Shown: positions 31,146-40,982 of the stretch, in pieces
Layout: each line of letters opens with the position of its first letter
Position numbering within the stretch: position 1 is the first letter of the stretch
Origin: an uncultured Acidobacteriota bacterium
GTDB lineage: Bacteria; Acidobacteriota; Thermoanaerobaculia; Gp7-AA8
Reading direction: 5' to 3'
Length of the DNA stretch: 64,000 nucleotides
Assembly: GCA_963822445.1 (NCBI GenBank)
Contig: CAWGHO010000002.1
Location: 704,001-768,000 of the forward strand
Made by a program: the position numbers and the translations under genes
The notes under the pieces: model-generated
Told to the model about the DNA's origin: nothing
The model's input: only the letters and a program-made list of their open reading frames with translations
The model's database searches: none

Positions 31146-33802
31146 CGGCGGTACTCCTTCTCCTTTCCATCGTCTCCCTCGACTCCTCCGGTCAGTGTGA
31201 GTACACCCCTCAGTTCAGCGGCCAGTTCCGCTCCACGGTGTACGACGTGGCCGTCGACGGCACCTACCTCTGGACGGCCACCGGCTACGGCGTGCAACTG
31301 CTGCAGGTCACGGCCGGCGTGCCGGAGGTGGTCGACGCCGTTGCACTGATGGGCGCAACACGCGGCATCGCCGTCGCGGCTGGACAGAACATCGCCTACG
31401 CCGGAAGCGGCTCGCGCGTTTTCGTGCTGCGGCGGAACGGCAACCAGATCGAGATCGTCCGCTTCGTCGACGCGCCGGACGTCGTCAACGACCTCGTCGT
31501 GAGCGGCGCGCTGTACGTGGCGACGCGAAACGGAATCGCGCACTACCACGTCATCGATCCGGCGAATCCGATTCGCAGCAACGCGCTGCTGAGCACCTCG
31601 CGGGCGAACGTGCTCGATCTCCACGTCGCCGGCAAAACGCTGTATGCGGCTGATGGCGACCGCACCGTGGAGTTCTTCGACATCTCCGTCGCCTCGCTGC
31701 CGCAGCGCACCGGCGCGCTGGAAACCTCGCTGCGCGCCGGCGCGGTTCACTCCGGGCCCGACGGCACGATCTACGTCTCCGACGACTTCGGCCAGAACAC
31801 GGAGATCTTCGGCGGACCGACGAGCTTCGGCGTGGCCCCGTACGGCTCGACGTCGCTGGCCATGACCGAATCGAATGCAGTGTTCCTGGCCGGATCCGAT
31901 CGGACGCTTCGCGCGGTCGACCTCAGCGCCTTCACGAAGAGTATCGAGCTGTTCGAACAACAGCTCGCGCCGACGGGCGGTTCCGAGAACGGGATCTACG
32001 ACATCGAGCGCAGCGGCAACACCCTGTACGTCGCGGCCGGCGACATCGGGCTGCTGACGTACGACGTCTCGGCGATCGCCCATCCGTTTCCGCTGATCCT
32101 GCATGAGGCGGACGAGGCCGCGACCAGCGCGCTCGTGATCACCGGCTCGACGCCGCGGGCGTATTTCACCGACGTCGCGGGACTGATCGTGGAAACGAAT
32201 CTCGAGGGGCAGTTCCAGCGCGGCTGGAACAAGGGCGGCGCGCCGATCCTGCACGACTCGCGCGGCAGCGACTTGCTTCTGTCCAGCGACAAGACCGTTT
32301 CCCTCTCCTCAATGACCGCGGTCACCACTTACCAGGCCACGTTCCGCGCGGCAGCGACGGAGGCATTCGTCGTCGGGGCCGACACCATCGTGGCGCTGCT
32401 CGCTGACCAGAGCGTCTGGACGGTGAACACAACCACCGACGCGACGCCGCAGCAGGTCGACACGGGCGGCGCGAAGATCTCGTTTCTGGCCCGCAATGCC
32501 ACGATCTACGCTCTCGGCCAGATCAAAGACGACGGCACGACCGTGATCCACCTCCCCGCGACGTCGAAGAAGTACACGATCGAGGGCGTGGCCACCGGCG
32601 GTCTGGCGATCAACGCCACGCACGCGGCGTTCTTCACCTTCCGCGGCATCAATCTCGTCGATCTCGCGACCGGCGCAGTGACGGTGCTTCCCGGCTCGAC
32701 GCGCGTGCTGCCGAAGCAACTCTTCTTCACCGGCAACCATCTACTCGTTCTCGGCGAGCGCGCCCTCTCCGTGTGGGACACCACCACAGGCACGCTGACC
32801 CGCGAGCATCCGCTTCCCGCGAACGCGGTTCGGATGCACGCCGGAGCGGGACGCGCCGCGATCGCCACGGATGAAGGAATCATGCTGGTCGACTACCTCG
32901 ACGAGCTTCCGAAGCTGGCCGCCGGTCCCGACCTCAATCGCTTCTACACGAAGGTCGTCACGGGACGCGACCGGCTGTACCTCTTCGGCCTCGACGGCGT
33001 GGACGTCTTCGAAACGGTGATCGGCGCCGCGCCGCACTCGCTGACCAGCGTCCGCGAGCCCGGCCTGGTCGACATCGCCGCAACCCAGGAGCTGTTCTTC
33101 ACCCTCGGCGGCGACGGCACGGTCACCTCGTACTCGCGGAGCGGCGTCCTGCTGGCGCAGACGCTGATCAACGAAGGCACGGACACGCAGGTGCTGTCGA
33201 TCTTCACGGCCGGCGAAGCGGTGTGGGTGACGATCTCCAAGGGCTGTTTCTCCGGCACCTGTCAGAAACGCACGCTGGTCCTCGATCCGCGGACGCTGGC
33301 CGTAACGAGCTCGCTGGAAGGCGGCGCGGTCGATGTGACCGTCGCCGGCACGCGCGCGTTCGCGCTGCTCGACCTGCCCGTCGAGATCGCCGCGTTCGAC
33401 ATTGCCAATCCCCTTCAGCCGCTGATGACCGCGCACCGCGAAGCGCCGGCATCGGCGATGTCGATCGCCTTCGCCAACGATCGCGTGCTCGTCCTCGGCG
33501 ACAAGCTCTACAAGTACACGCAATCGCTCGTCGCGGCAGGCGAGGAATTCGCGGCGTCGAACGCGGACCCGCAGCAGATCCGCGTCGTCGGAAACTGCGC
33601 GATCGTCACGGGCCGCTTCGATGTGCCCGGCCTCTATCACGGGGGAACGTTCGCCAGCTTCTCACTCATCGAGCTGCCGTCGACCGCGCTTTCCGTTGCG
33701 TCTGTGGGGGACAACCGCGTTTACGTGCTGACCGAGCACTCGATCGAAGTCTGGACGCTCGGGCCGGTAGCGCCGGCGGGGCGGCGGCGAGCGGTGCGGT
33801 GA
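31130..33802 (+). CDS. Secreted beta-propeller (LVIVD-like) protein with C-terminal RRRAVR
   Basis: Signal peptide, repeated beta-strand motifs (YVAAGDIGLLTYDVS, FDIANP). Confidence 0.75.
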   Translation: MRGRVAAVLLLLSIVSLDSSGQCEYTPQFSGQFRSTVYDVAVDGTYLWTATGYGVQLLQVTAGVPEVVDAVALMGATRGIAVAAGQNIAYAGSGSRVFVLRRNGNQIEIVRFVDAPDVVNDLVVSGALYVATRNGIAHYHVIDPANPIRSNALLSTSRANVLDLHVAGKTLYAADGDRTVEFFDISVASLPQRTGALETSLRAGAVHSGPDGTIYVSDDFGQNTEIFGGPTSFGVAPYGSTSLAMTESNAVFLAGSDRTLRAVDLSAFTKSIELFEQQLAPTGGSENGIYDIERSGNTLYVAAGDIGLLTYDVSAIAHPFPLILHEADEAATSALVITGSTPRAYFTDVAGLIVETNLEGQFQRGWNKGGAPILHDSRGSDLLLSSDKTVSLSSMTAVTTYQATFRAAATEAFVVGADTIVALLADQSVWTVNTTTDATPQQVDTGGAKISFLARNATIYALGQIKDDGTTVIHLPATSKKYTIEGVATGGLAINATHAAFFTFRGINLVDLATGAVTVLPGSTRVLPKQLFFTGNHLLVLGERALSVWDTTTGTLTREHPLPANAVRMHAGAGRAAIATDEGIMLVDYLDELPKLAAGPDLNRFYTKVVTGRDRLYLFGLDGVDVFETVIGAAPHSLTSVREPGLVDIAATQELFFTLGGDGTVTSYSRSGVLLAQTLINEGTDTQVLSIFTAGEAVWVTISKGCFSGTCQKRTLVLDPRTLAVTSSLEGGAVDVTVAGTRAFALLDLPVEIAAFDIANPLQPLMTAHREAPASAMSIAFANDRVLVLGDKLYKYTQSLVAAGEEFAASNADPQQIRVVGNCAIVTGRFDVPGLYHGGTFASFSLIELPSTALSVASVGDNRVYVLTEHSIEVWTLGPVAPAGRRRAVR

Positions 33803-34554
33803 AGATCCGCTTCTCCTCCGATGAAAACGCGTACCGGATCACGCTCGATGATCCGCCGCTGCACATCCTCGACATCGCCCTGCTCGAAGAGCTGCGCGAT
33901 GCCCTGTCGGGCGTCAGCAACGACCGCCACGCGCTGATCATCGACGCGGCCGGCGACAAAGCCTTCTCCGCCGGCGCGAGCGTGCAGGATCACTTCGCGG
34001 ACCGCGTCGCCACCATGCTGGCCACGTTTCATGACTGCTTCCGCAAGCTGGCGCGTCTCGACGTCGTCACGGTCGCATTCGTGCGTGGTGCGGCGCTCGG
34101 CGGCGGATGCGAGCTCGCGATGGCGTGCGACTTCGTCCTCGCCTCCGATCGCGCGACATTCGGCCAGCCGGAGATCAGGCTCGGCGTGTTCCCGCCCGTC
34201 GCCGCGTATCAGCTCTCGCGACAGCTCGCGCCCCGCAAAGGTCTCGAACTGCTGCTCACCGGCGAATCGATCGATGCCGCGCGAGCAGAACAGCTCGGCC
34301 TCGTGAACGCGGTCTTCTCCGCAAGCGAGTTCGACGCGCGGGCCGACGCGTGGATGCAGCGCCTGTGTCGCCAGAGCGCGTCGTCGTTGCGGTTCGCAAA
34401 GAAAGCCTTCCGCATCGCCCAGGCCGCAGACTTTGACGAGCGCCTCGCGAACGTCGAGCGCCTTTATCTCGAAGAGTTGATGAAGACCGGCGACGCCACG
34501 GAAGGGCTCAACGCGTTTCTTGAAAAGCGGAACCCGGAGTGGAGAAACCAGTAG
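33799..34554 (+). CDS. Enoyl-CoA hydratase/isomerase
   Basis: AFSAGA, ALGGGCEL, GQPEIRLG, AFLEKRNP; GTG start overlapping the previous stop. Confidence 0.92.
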   Translation: MKIRFSSDENAYRITLDDPPLHILDIALLEELRDALSGVSNDRHALIIDAAGDKAFSAGASVQDHFADRVATMLATFHDCFRKLARLDVVTVAFVRGAALGGGCELAMACDFVLASDRATFGQPEIRLGVFPPVAAYQLSRQLAPRKGLELLLTGESIDAARAEQLGLVNAVFSASEFDARADAWMQRLCRQSASSLRFAKKAFRIAQAADFDERLANVERLYLEELMKTGDATEGLNAFLEKRNPEWRNQ

Positions 34555-34644
34555 GCGGTAGGCAGTACGCGCGCTGGCGCGCGCTCGCGGTAGGCGGTGG
34601 AACCAAGCAGGGACGGGCGGTCGGGACTGCCTACCGCCTACTGC
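34551..34644. repeat. Inverted array of 7-bp repeats (GTAGGCR)
   Basis: GTAGGCGGTAGGCAGTA...ACTGCCTACCGCCTACTGC. Confidence 0.75.
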
Positions 34645-34646
34645 TT

Positions 34647-35027
34647 CTAATCCTGCTGGTCGAAAGCCACGGTCGTGTTCGCGTCGAACTTCACCAGCAT
34701 CTTCTTCGACGGGGAGGCCAGCGTTCCGAACGAGGCGATCATCACCACGCCGGACGACTTGCCGTCGCAGCCGACAGGCATCGGCCGCACGACCTTCAGC
34801 TCGCCGATCTGGCGGGCGATCGTCTTTCCCGACTCGTTGACCCACTCCAGCTTCGCGTTCTTCGCGAGCGTTTTTGCTTCCCCGAAGGTGTACTTGCCGG
34901 TCAGCAGGGTCACCACCTGAAGCTGGCGCTCCGAGCGGTTGACGAAACGGTTCACGCAGGTCGCGGCGTACGACGACTGCGCGGACAAAAGCGTGGCGAG
35001 GGCAACGGCAAAAACGCGGTTTTTCAT
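34647..35027 (-). CDS. Small secreted hypothetical protein
   Basis: Signal peptide MKNRVFAVALATLLSAQSSYA, two Cys. Confidence 0.75.
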   Translation of the reverse strand: MKNRVFAVALATLLSAQSSYAATCVNRFVNRSERQLQVVTLLTGKYTFGEAKTLAKNAKLEWVNESGKTIARQIGELKVVRPMPVGCDGKSSGVVMIASFGTLASPSKKMLVKFDANTTVAFDQQD

Positions 35028-35125
35028 GGCTGGGAGCGGGGCTTTCCGGGACATTCTACGCAACCTACAGCGGCGCCCGGCCGTACATTCCCACTGCGAC
35101 GGCGCTATGGACGCCGTGTGTCATC

Positions 35126-37102
35126 ATGACCTCGATGGATGCTGAGTCTGCGCCGAAAGCGCGGCGGGTCTCGCCGGTCTTCGTCATCTGGGTGACGGCG
35201 ATCGCGGCGATCATCATCCTCGACTACGCGGACCGGCTGCTGGACCGCTTCGACCGCGCCTTTTTCCCGATCAACCTGGCCGCGTTCGTGGCCTGGCTGA
35301 TCGTCATCGCCCTCACCATCTACGGCTTCGCCATCGCCAGCCGCTGGCTGCTGCGCAAGCTGTTCTGGACGGTCGGCCGCCGCCTTTTCCTCAGCTACGT
35401 GATGCTCGGCGTGCTGCCGTTCTTCCTGTTCGCCGTGCTCCTGACCGCCATTCTTTACGTGATCGCCGGTGTGGCCAGCCAGACCGCCTTCAAGAACGAG
35501 CGCCAGGCCAGTCTCGGCCAGCTCGAATCGCTCAACGCCGAGTACGGACTCCAGGGGCGGAAGCCGCGCGGTGAAGGCATCGAGGTCTATGACTCGATGA
35601 GCGCCAGCGGAAAACAGATACCCGGCTGGTTGCGCTCGTCGACCTACAGCGGGTTCGTGCTGCGAAACGACACGCCGCTGCTCGTCTCTGCGCGCAAATA
35701 TCCCGGCGAGCGCACCGTCGTGCTCGCTCTGCCGCTCGACGAACGCTGGTCGCGTGAGATGGAAGAGCGCAGCGGGATGGTCGTCGCGACCAAGTTCGCC
35801 GCGAGGGAGCGCGAGTCCTTCAACATCAACCCTGACAACGACGACTTCAAGGACTTCAAGGACCGCGGGTTCAAGTGGGGAAACATCTTCTTCTACGAGA
35901 TCACGGAAGAGGGCGGCCTGGCCGACTGGGAAACGGGCGCGGCCGATCCGGAAAAACGGATCTTCACCGCGATCGCTCATCCGTTCGGGAGGCTCACCCA
36001 GTACTACTTCGGCGGTGCGACGAACTCCCAGATCATGAAGGGGATCTTCTGGGTCATCGGCGGCCTGACGCTGTCGCTGATGCTCGCGTACGCCGTGGCC
36101 GCGCTGTTCGCCGCGGTCCTGATCTTCTCCATCTCCCGCGCCGTGAATCGAATCGAAAAAGGTACGCGAGCCGTCGAGCGGGGCGACTTCACCTATCGCA
36201 TCAAGATGAAGCGCGATAACCAGCTCGGAGCGATGGCCCAGTCCTTCGACCGGATGACCGAGTCGATCGGCTCGCTGCTCACTTCGGTCACGGAGAAAGA
36301 GCGCCTGCAGAGCGAGATCGAGATCGCGGCGACCATTCAGCGCAACCTCCTGCCGAAAGAAGGCCCTCGTTTCAGCGGCGTTGCGTTCTCCGCGCACTTC
36401 GAGCCGAACGCGTCGATCGGCGGCGATTACTACGACGTGTTCAACATCGACGAGCGGCGCCTGGCCGTCGCCATCGGCGACGTCTCCGGCCACGGCCTCT
36501 CCACCGGCCTGGTCATGGCCATGGTCAAAGCGGCCATGACCACGCTCGTCGAAGAAGGGGCCGATGAAACGTCGCTCTTCCGCCGTCTGAACGATCTCGT
36601 CTACCGCTCGACCGAGCGCCGCGCGTTCATGACCCTGGCCTTCACGATCTTCGATCTGGAGCGCCGCACCATCCGCCACACCAACGCCGGCCATCTCTAC
36701 CCCTACCTGCTGCGTCCCGGGATGTCCCAGCCGATCGCCATCGAATCCCCGTCGCTTCCCCTTGGCGTCCGCACGCACATCATCTCGAACACCGTCGAGG
36801 TCGAGCTGCGCGAGGGCGACGTGCTCGTTTATCTGTCCGACGGGATGGTCGAGGCGCAGAACGAGAACGGCGATCCGTTCGGCTTCGATCAGATGGAGAT
36901 GCTGCTCGCGTCGCAGACCGATCACGACGCCGGGGCGCTGCGCCAGGTGATCCTCGACGCGGTCGCGCAACACTCGGGAACCCGCCCGGCGGACGACGAC
37001 CGGACGGTGATGATCGTCCAGTTCTCATCTCTGGACAGCGGCAGCGAGGCTGCCGCTCTTGAAAGCGGCGGCAGAGCCACCGCACTCCAGCCTATCGGTT
37101 GA
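35126..37102 (+). CDS. Membrane HAMP + SpoIIE/RsbU (PP2C) phosphatase
   Basis: GGDYYD, GDVSGHG, NAGH, SDG, DDRT motifs. Confidence 0.93.
   Translation: MTSMDAESAPKARRVSPVFVIWVTAIAAIIILDYADRLLDRFDRAFFPINLAAFVAWLIVIALTIYGFAIASRWLLRKLFWTVGRRLFLSYVMLGVLPFFLFAVLLTAILYVIAGVASQTAFKNERQASLGQLESLNAEYGLQGRKPRGEGIEVYDSMSASGKQIPGWLRSSTYSGFVLRNDTPLLVSARKYPGERTVVLALPLDERWSREMEERSGMVVATKFAARERESFNINPDNDDFKDFKDRGFKWGNIFFYEITEEGGLADWETGAADPEKRIFTAIAHPFGRLTQYYFGGATNSQIMKGIFWVIGGLTLSLMLAYAVAALFAAVLIFSISRAVNRIEKGTRAVERGDFTYRIKMKRDNQLGAMAQSFDRMTESIGSLLTSVTEKERLQSEIEIAATIQRNLLPKEGPRFSGVAFSAHFEPNASIGGDYYDVFNIDERRLAVAIGDVSGHGLSTGLVMAMVKAAMTTLVEEGADETSLFRRLNDLVYRSTERRAFMTLAFTIFDLERRTIRHTNAGHLYPYLLRPGMSQPIAIESPSLPLGVRTHIISNTVEVELREGDVLVYLSDGMVEAQNENGDPFGFDQMEMLLASQTDHDAGALRQVILDAVAQHSGTRPADDDRTVMIVQFSSLDSGSEAAALESGGRATALQPIG
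37032..37089. repeat. Degenerate GGAGTGCG-family REP doublet forming the phosphatase C-terminus
   Basis: ...AAAGCGGCGGCAGAGCCACCGCACTCCA; encodes ESGGRATALQ. Confidence 0.75.
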
Positions 37103-39173
37103 TGCCGATCATCACGCTGCGGCCCGGTGCGAGCGACGCGACCGCGTCCGACGATCCGAAGTGATACGCGTTCGTCAGATTGCGCACCACCAACCGCAGC
37201 TCGAACGCCGGCGAGAACCGCCAGCCGATGCCCGTATCGATCGTGACGTATCCATCGCGCTCGGTTTCCACCGGTCCCGGATCGTCATCGCTTCGGTACG
37301 CCGACGCTGTGAGGAAGGCAGAAGTCATTTCCGCTGCCCAGCGAAGCTGCGCATGAAGCACGGGCTCGCCGATGTCATCCAGGGCGGCACCGGTGTCGGC
37401 GTCCTCACCGCTGGCGATGGCCGCTCCGAGCTGCAGTGCGAAATCGCGCGGGAGCCGCGAGGTCCAGTCCAGCTCGAAGCCGCGGATCTCTGCTTCCCCT
37501 CGATTGCGGAAGTTGAAGTCGGAGCCGGCGCGAAACCGCTCGACCAGATTGCGGATGCGGTAGTCGTAAGCGTAGACGGCGATCGTTGAGCGGCCACCGG
37601 TCCACCGCGCCGCCGCGTCGAACTGCAGGCTGCGCTCCGGCTCGAGATCAGGATTTCCGACGACGAACCCGCGTCCGCTGACGCCGCGGAAGTAACGATC
37701 GGATAGCGACGGCTCGCGATAGCCGGTCGCGATCTGCAAGGTAGTCGTGATCGCGCGGAACGGTCCCGCGGTCGCGGCGACATAGCCGGACAGCGCGGTA
37801 TCGCTGCGATCGCGATCGCCGAAGAAGCCGCCTGTATTGCGGCTGGTGATGTAGTCGGCGCGGCCGCCGGAAGCAACCTGAAACAGCGGCGTCGCGCGCC
37901 ACTCGTAAGCAGCAAAGGCTCCCGCGTCCACGCGATTCGCGTCGTCGATCGACCCGACCGCGCGGAGGTCGAAGCGGGTGACGACATCCGCGCCGGCGAG
38001 CAGTCGCGCGCGATCGCTGTGGCGCTCGCCCGACAGGCGGACCGACGCGTCACGCGCCCTCACATCCGCGACTTCAACTCCCGTCGGACGAATGCGGTTG
38101 GTGACGATCGAATACGAGCCGGCGGACGCGCGCAACGCGGCAGCGGAGAAGAAGGACCTGGACTGCACGTCGGTGGCGAACGTGAACAGCGTCGCACGCT
38201 CGTTGGGATAGGTAGTCTGAATGGTGTCGCTGGTCGGCGCACCCACGTCCTTCGCGACCGCGTGCATCACGCCGGCGCGCACGAGGCCCCACGACGAATG
38301 CTTCACGAAGCGCAGCACGGCGCCGCGATCGCGGTACTGCGAGTTCGCGATCTCCTCGCCATGTCCATCCTCGGCATCATCAGCGGAACGCGCATGAATC
38401 GAAGCCAGGATCGCTCCGCCGAGGAGGTCGGTCGTTACTTCCGCCGCAACGCTCTGTTCCGAACGTCCGCCGAATGCGGCCCAGACGTCATAGCGATACT
38501 CGGTCTGCCCCGGCACCGGATCGCGCGGACGCATGTGCACGATGCCGCCGATGGCGTCCGAGCCGTAGGCCACGGAACCGGGACCACGGGAGATCTCGAT
38601 CGAGCCGAGAATGAACGGATCGACGAAAGTCGCTGACGGTCCGGCGCGGCGCTCGGCAACCACGCGGGCGTCGTCGACGATGAGCAGCGTGCGACCGCCC
38701 GCCAGGCCGCGAACGACTGGCACTGCCGGCGGACCCTCACCGCGAAGCGCAACGCCAGGAACCGTGGCGATGGCCTCGGCGATATGAGCCGGTTTGCGCT
38801 GCTCGATCTCTTCCGCGCCGACGACCACCGGCGCCGCGGCCGGCGTGTCTTCGATGTTCGGTGCCGCGCCGGATGTAACGGTCACGCTCTCGCGGAAAGC
38901 AGGCTCCAGCCGGACCTCAGGCGCGAGCGACTCCAGATGGATCGGAGGAAAGATCTCGCCGCGGCTGCCGACGACGATCAGCGTCGCGGGAAGCTTCGGA
39001 TCGGGAACGATGACGAACTGTCCGTTGCTGCCGGTCCGCACGGAGCCTGTCTGTCCGACGACCGAGACCTGCGCGTCGACGACGGCGCGTCCCGCGGAGT
39101 CGACGAGACGAGACTCGAACGCGAATACCGGGATGGTGAGGAAAACGACGAAGAGGACCGCGAAACGGGTCAG
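37092..39173 (-). CDS. TonB-dependent receptor (probable CTG start)
   Basis: Plug IEISRGPGSVAYGSDAIGG, GNPDLEPE, NLTN; the frame stays open upstream through a signal peptide to CTG 39173. Confidence 0.88.
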   Translation of the reverse strand: MTRFAVLFVVFLTIPVFAFESRLVDSAGRAVVDAQVSVVGQTGSVRTGSNGQFVIVPDPKLPATLIVVGSRGEIFPPIHLESLAPEVRLEPAFRESVTVTSGAAPNIEDTPAAAPVVVGAEEIEQRKPAHIAEAIATVPGVALRGEGPPAVPVVRGLAGGRTLLIVDDARVVAERRAGPSATFVDPFILGSIEISRGPGSVAYGSDAIGGIVHMRPRDPVPGQTEYRYDVWAAFGGRSEQSVAAEVTTDLLGGAILASIHARSADDAEDGHGEEIANSQYRDRGAVLRFVKHSSWGLVRAGVMHAVAKDVGAPTSDTIQTTYPNERATLFTFATDVQSRSFFSAAALRASAGSYSIVTNRIRPTGVEVADVRARDASVRLSGERHSDRARLLAGADVVTRFDLRAVGSIDDANRVDAGAFAAYEWRATPLFQVASGGRADYITSRNTGGFFGDRDRSDTALSGYVAATAGPFRAITTTLQIATGYREPSLSDRYFRGVSGRGFVVGNPDLEPERSLQFDAAARWTGGRSTIAVYAYDYRIRNLVERFRAGSDFNFRNRGEAEIRGFELDWTSRLPRDFALQLGAAIASGEDADTGAALDDIGEPVLHAQLRWAAEMTSAFLTASAYRSDDDPGPVETERDGYVTIDTGIGWRFSPAFELRLVVRNLTNAYHFGSSDAVASLAPGRSVMIGINR

Positions 39174-39898
39174 CGAGCTTCGACGGCTGCGCTGGCGATC
39201 TGCTGAGACTCGATCGCTTTGCGGATGTGGCGGGCGATGCGATTGATGTAGTTCACGGTCTCGCGGAATGGCGGCACCCCGTTGTACTTCCTGATGTTGC
39301 CTTCACCGGCGTTGTAGCCGGCGACGGCGAGGTCCGCATTGTCCTCGAATTTATCGAGCAGCCAGCGCAGATACTTCGTTCCGGCGTAAATGTTCTGTTC
39401 CGGGTCGAAGGAGTTGTGGACGCCGAAGCGCTTCGCGGTGGCCGGCATGAGCTGCATGAGCCCGCGCGCGCCCTTGTGGGAAACGGTCTTGGGGTTGTAA
39501 TCCGACTCGGCCTTGATCACCGCGGAGACCAGCGCGGCATCGACGTCGTGGTGGCGCGCGGCCTTGACGATGATGTCGTTGTACTTCGACTGCCAGAGCG
39601 GCATCGACTCTTCGCTGAAGCGCCAGGAGCGCCGCGGGAAAACACCGCCCTCTTCGACGATCTTCTTCACCTCGGCAACGACCTCGGGCGTGACGATCTC
39701 GTCATCCACGATCCGGTCGACGCGCAGCAGGGGAATGCTCATCTTCCCGCCGCCCTGCAAGGTCAGATGAACGACTTCTTCCTCGACCGCATACGCCTCG
39801 ATCTTCAGGCTGCGCCCGTCGGCGAAGATCGCAATGCTCGCGCTCGCCGCGTTTGCGGCAAGGATGAGCACGGTGGCAAGGATGAGGCGGATGAGCAT
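39170..39898 (-). CDS. Lytic transglycosylase (SLT)
   Basis: AVIKAES, GLMQLMP, AGYNAGEG, ETVNYI. Confidence 0.93.
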   Translation of the reverse strand: MLIRLILATVLILAANAASASIAIFADGRSLKIEAYAVEEEVVHLTLQGGGKMSIPLLRVDRIVDDEIVTPEVVAEVKKIVEEGGVFPRRSWRFSEESMPLWQSKYNDIIVKAARHHDVDAALVSAVIKAESDYNPKTVSHKGARGLMQLMPATAKRFGVHNSFDPEQNIYAGTKYLRWLLDKFEDNADLAVAGYNAGEGNIRKYNGVPPFRETVNYINRIARHIRKAIESQQIASAAVEAR

Positions 39899-39943
39899 GG
39901 ACTGGTTGTTAACTCAGAGGGTGGGACGATTATGCCGTCGCCC

Positions 39944-40033
39944 GGGTTCCGAGGTTCCGAGGTTGCGAGGTTTCGGGGTTTCGGGGTTTCGGGGTGGGAC
40001 CTCGTAACCCCGCAACCTCGTAACCCCGTAACC
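39944..40033. repeat. Inverted array of 8-bp repeats (GGTTNCGR)
   Basis: Six left units facing four right units. Confidence 0.9.
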
Positions 40034-40049
40034 GCTCTTCGCCTCACCG

Positions 40050-40982
40050 TCATGCTCTGGGATGAAATTCCTCATACATCCTCTGCAGCCGCGCCCGCGA
40101 GACGTGCGTGTAAATCTGCGTCGTGGAGATGTCCGCGTGGCCGAGCATCATCTGCACGCTGCGGAGGTCGGCGCCGTTCTCGAGCAGGTGCGTCGCGAAT
40201 GAGTGGCGGAGGGTGTGCGGGGAGATGTGAGCTTTGATTCCGGCCGTCCGCGCGTATTTGACGATCTTCATCCAGAACGACTGCCGGGACATCGGCCGGC
40301 CGCGGCGGGTCAGGAACAGGTAGGGATCGGAGTATTTGTCGAGCTCGGGGCGGCCTTTTTCGACGAAGGCCACGATCGCGTCGCGGGCCGTGTCGCCGAA
40401 TGGCACGATCCGCTCCTTCGACCCCTTGCCGATCGTGCGGAGGAAGCCGGCGTCCATCACCACGTCTTCGATGCGCACTTTGATCAGTTCGCTGACGCGG
40501 AGGCCCGTCGCGTAGAGCAGTTCCAGCATCGCCGCGTCGCGCAGACCATCGGGCGTGCTCCGGTCCGGCGCGGCCAGCAACGCCTCGACCTCGAACGGCT
40601 GCATCGACTTCGGCAGGGACGACCAGAGCTTCGGATTCTCGAGATTCTCGGTCGGGTCTTTTTTCAGATGCCGTTCGGCGACGAGGAAGCGGAACATGCC
40701 GCGAATCGCCGCGAGTGCACGGGCGACGGACCGCGCCGAGATCCCCGACGCGCGCAGCGACTGGAAGTATTTGACGATGTGCAGCCGCTCGACCTCATCG
40801 ACTTCCACACGCTGGTCTTTGAGGTAGTGGCCGAAGTGACGCAGATCAGTCGCGTACGCGGAGAGGGAGTTCTTCGCCAGCCCCTTTTCGATCGCCAGGT
40901 AGTCGAGAAAGATCGGCAGGTACGTGACGAAGTACGGGCCGGTGTCCTTCTTCTCAGGATCGATCGCTCGCGGTTTGCGCAT
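40050..40982 (-). CDS. xerD: Tyrosine recombinase XerD
   Basis: LYATGLRVSEL, GKGSKER, SPHTLRHSFATHLL, LGHADISTTQIYTH. Confidence 0.93.
   Translation of the reverse strand: MRKPRAIDPEKKDTGPYFVTYLPIFLDYLAIEKGLAKNSLSAYATDLRHFGHYLKDQRVEVDEVERLHIVKYFQSLRASGISARSVARALAAIRGMFRFLVAERHLKKDPTENLENPKLWSSLPKSMQPFEVEALLAAPDRSTPDGLRDAAMLELLYATGLRVSELIKVRIEDVVMDAGFLRTIGKGSKERIVPFGDTARDAIVAFVEKGRPELDKYSDPYLFLTRRGRPMSRQSFWMKIVKYARTAGIKAHISPHTLRHSFATHLLENGADLRSVQMMLGHADISTTQIYTHVSRARLQRMYEEFHPRA

Noticed and set aside
39944-40033. Short repeat arrays as CRISPR
   Set aside because: Units are 7-8 bp, directly tandem and inverted, with no unique spacers and no cas genes
40050-40982. Prophage or island integrase
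   Set aside because: Motifs and housekeeping context (lipA, carD) fit XerD; no att repeats or phage genes
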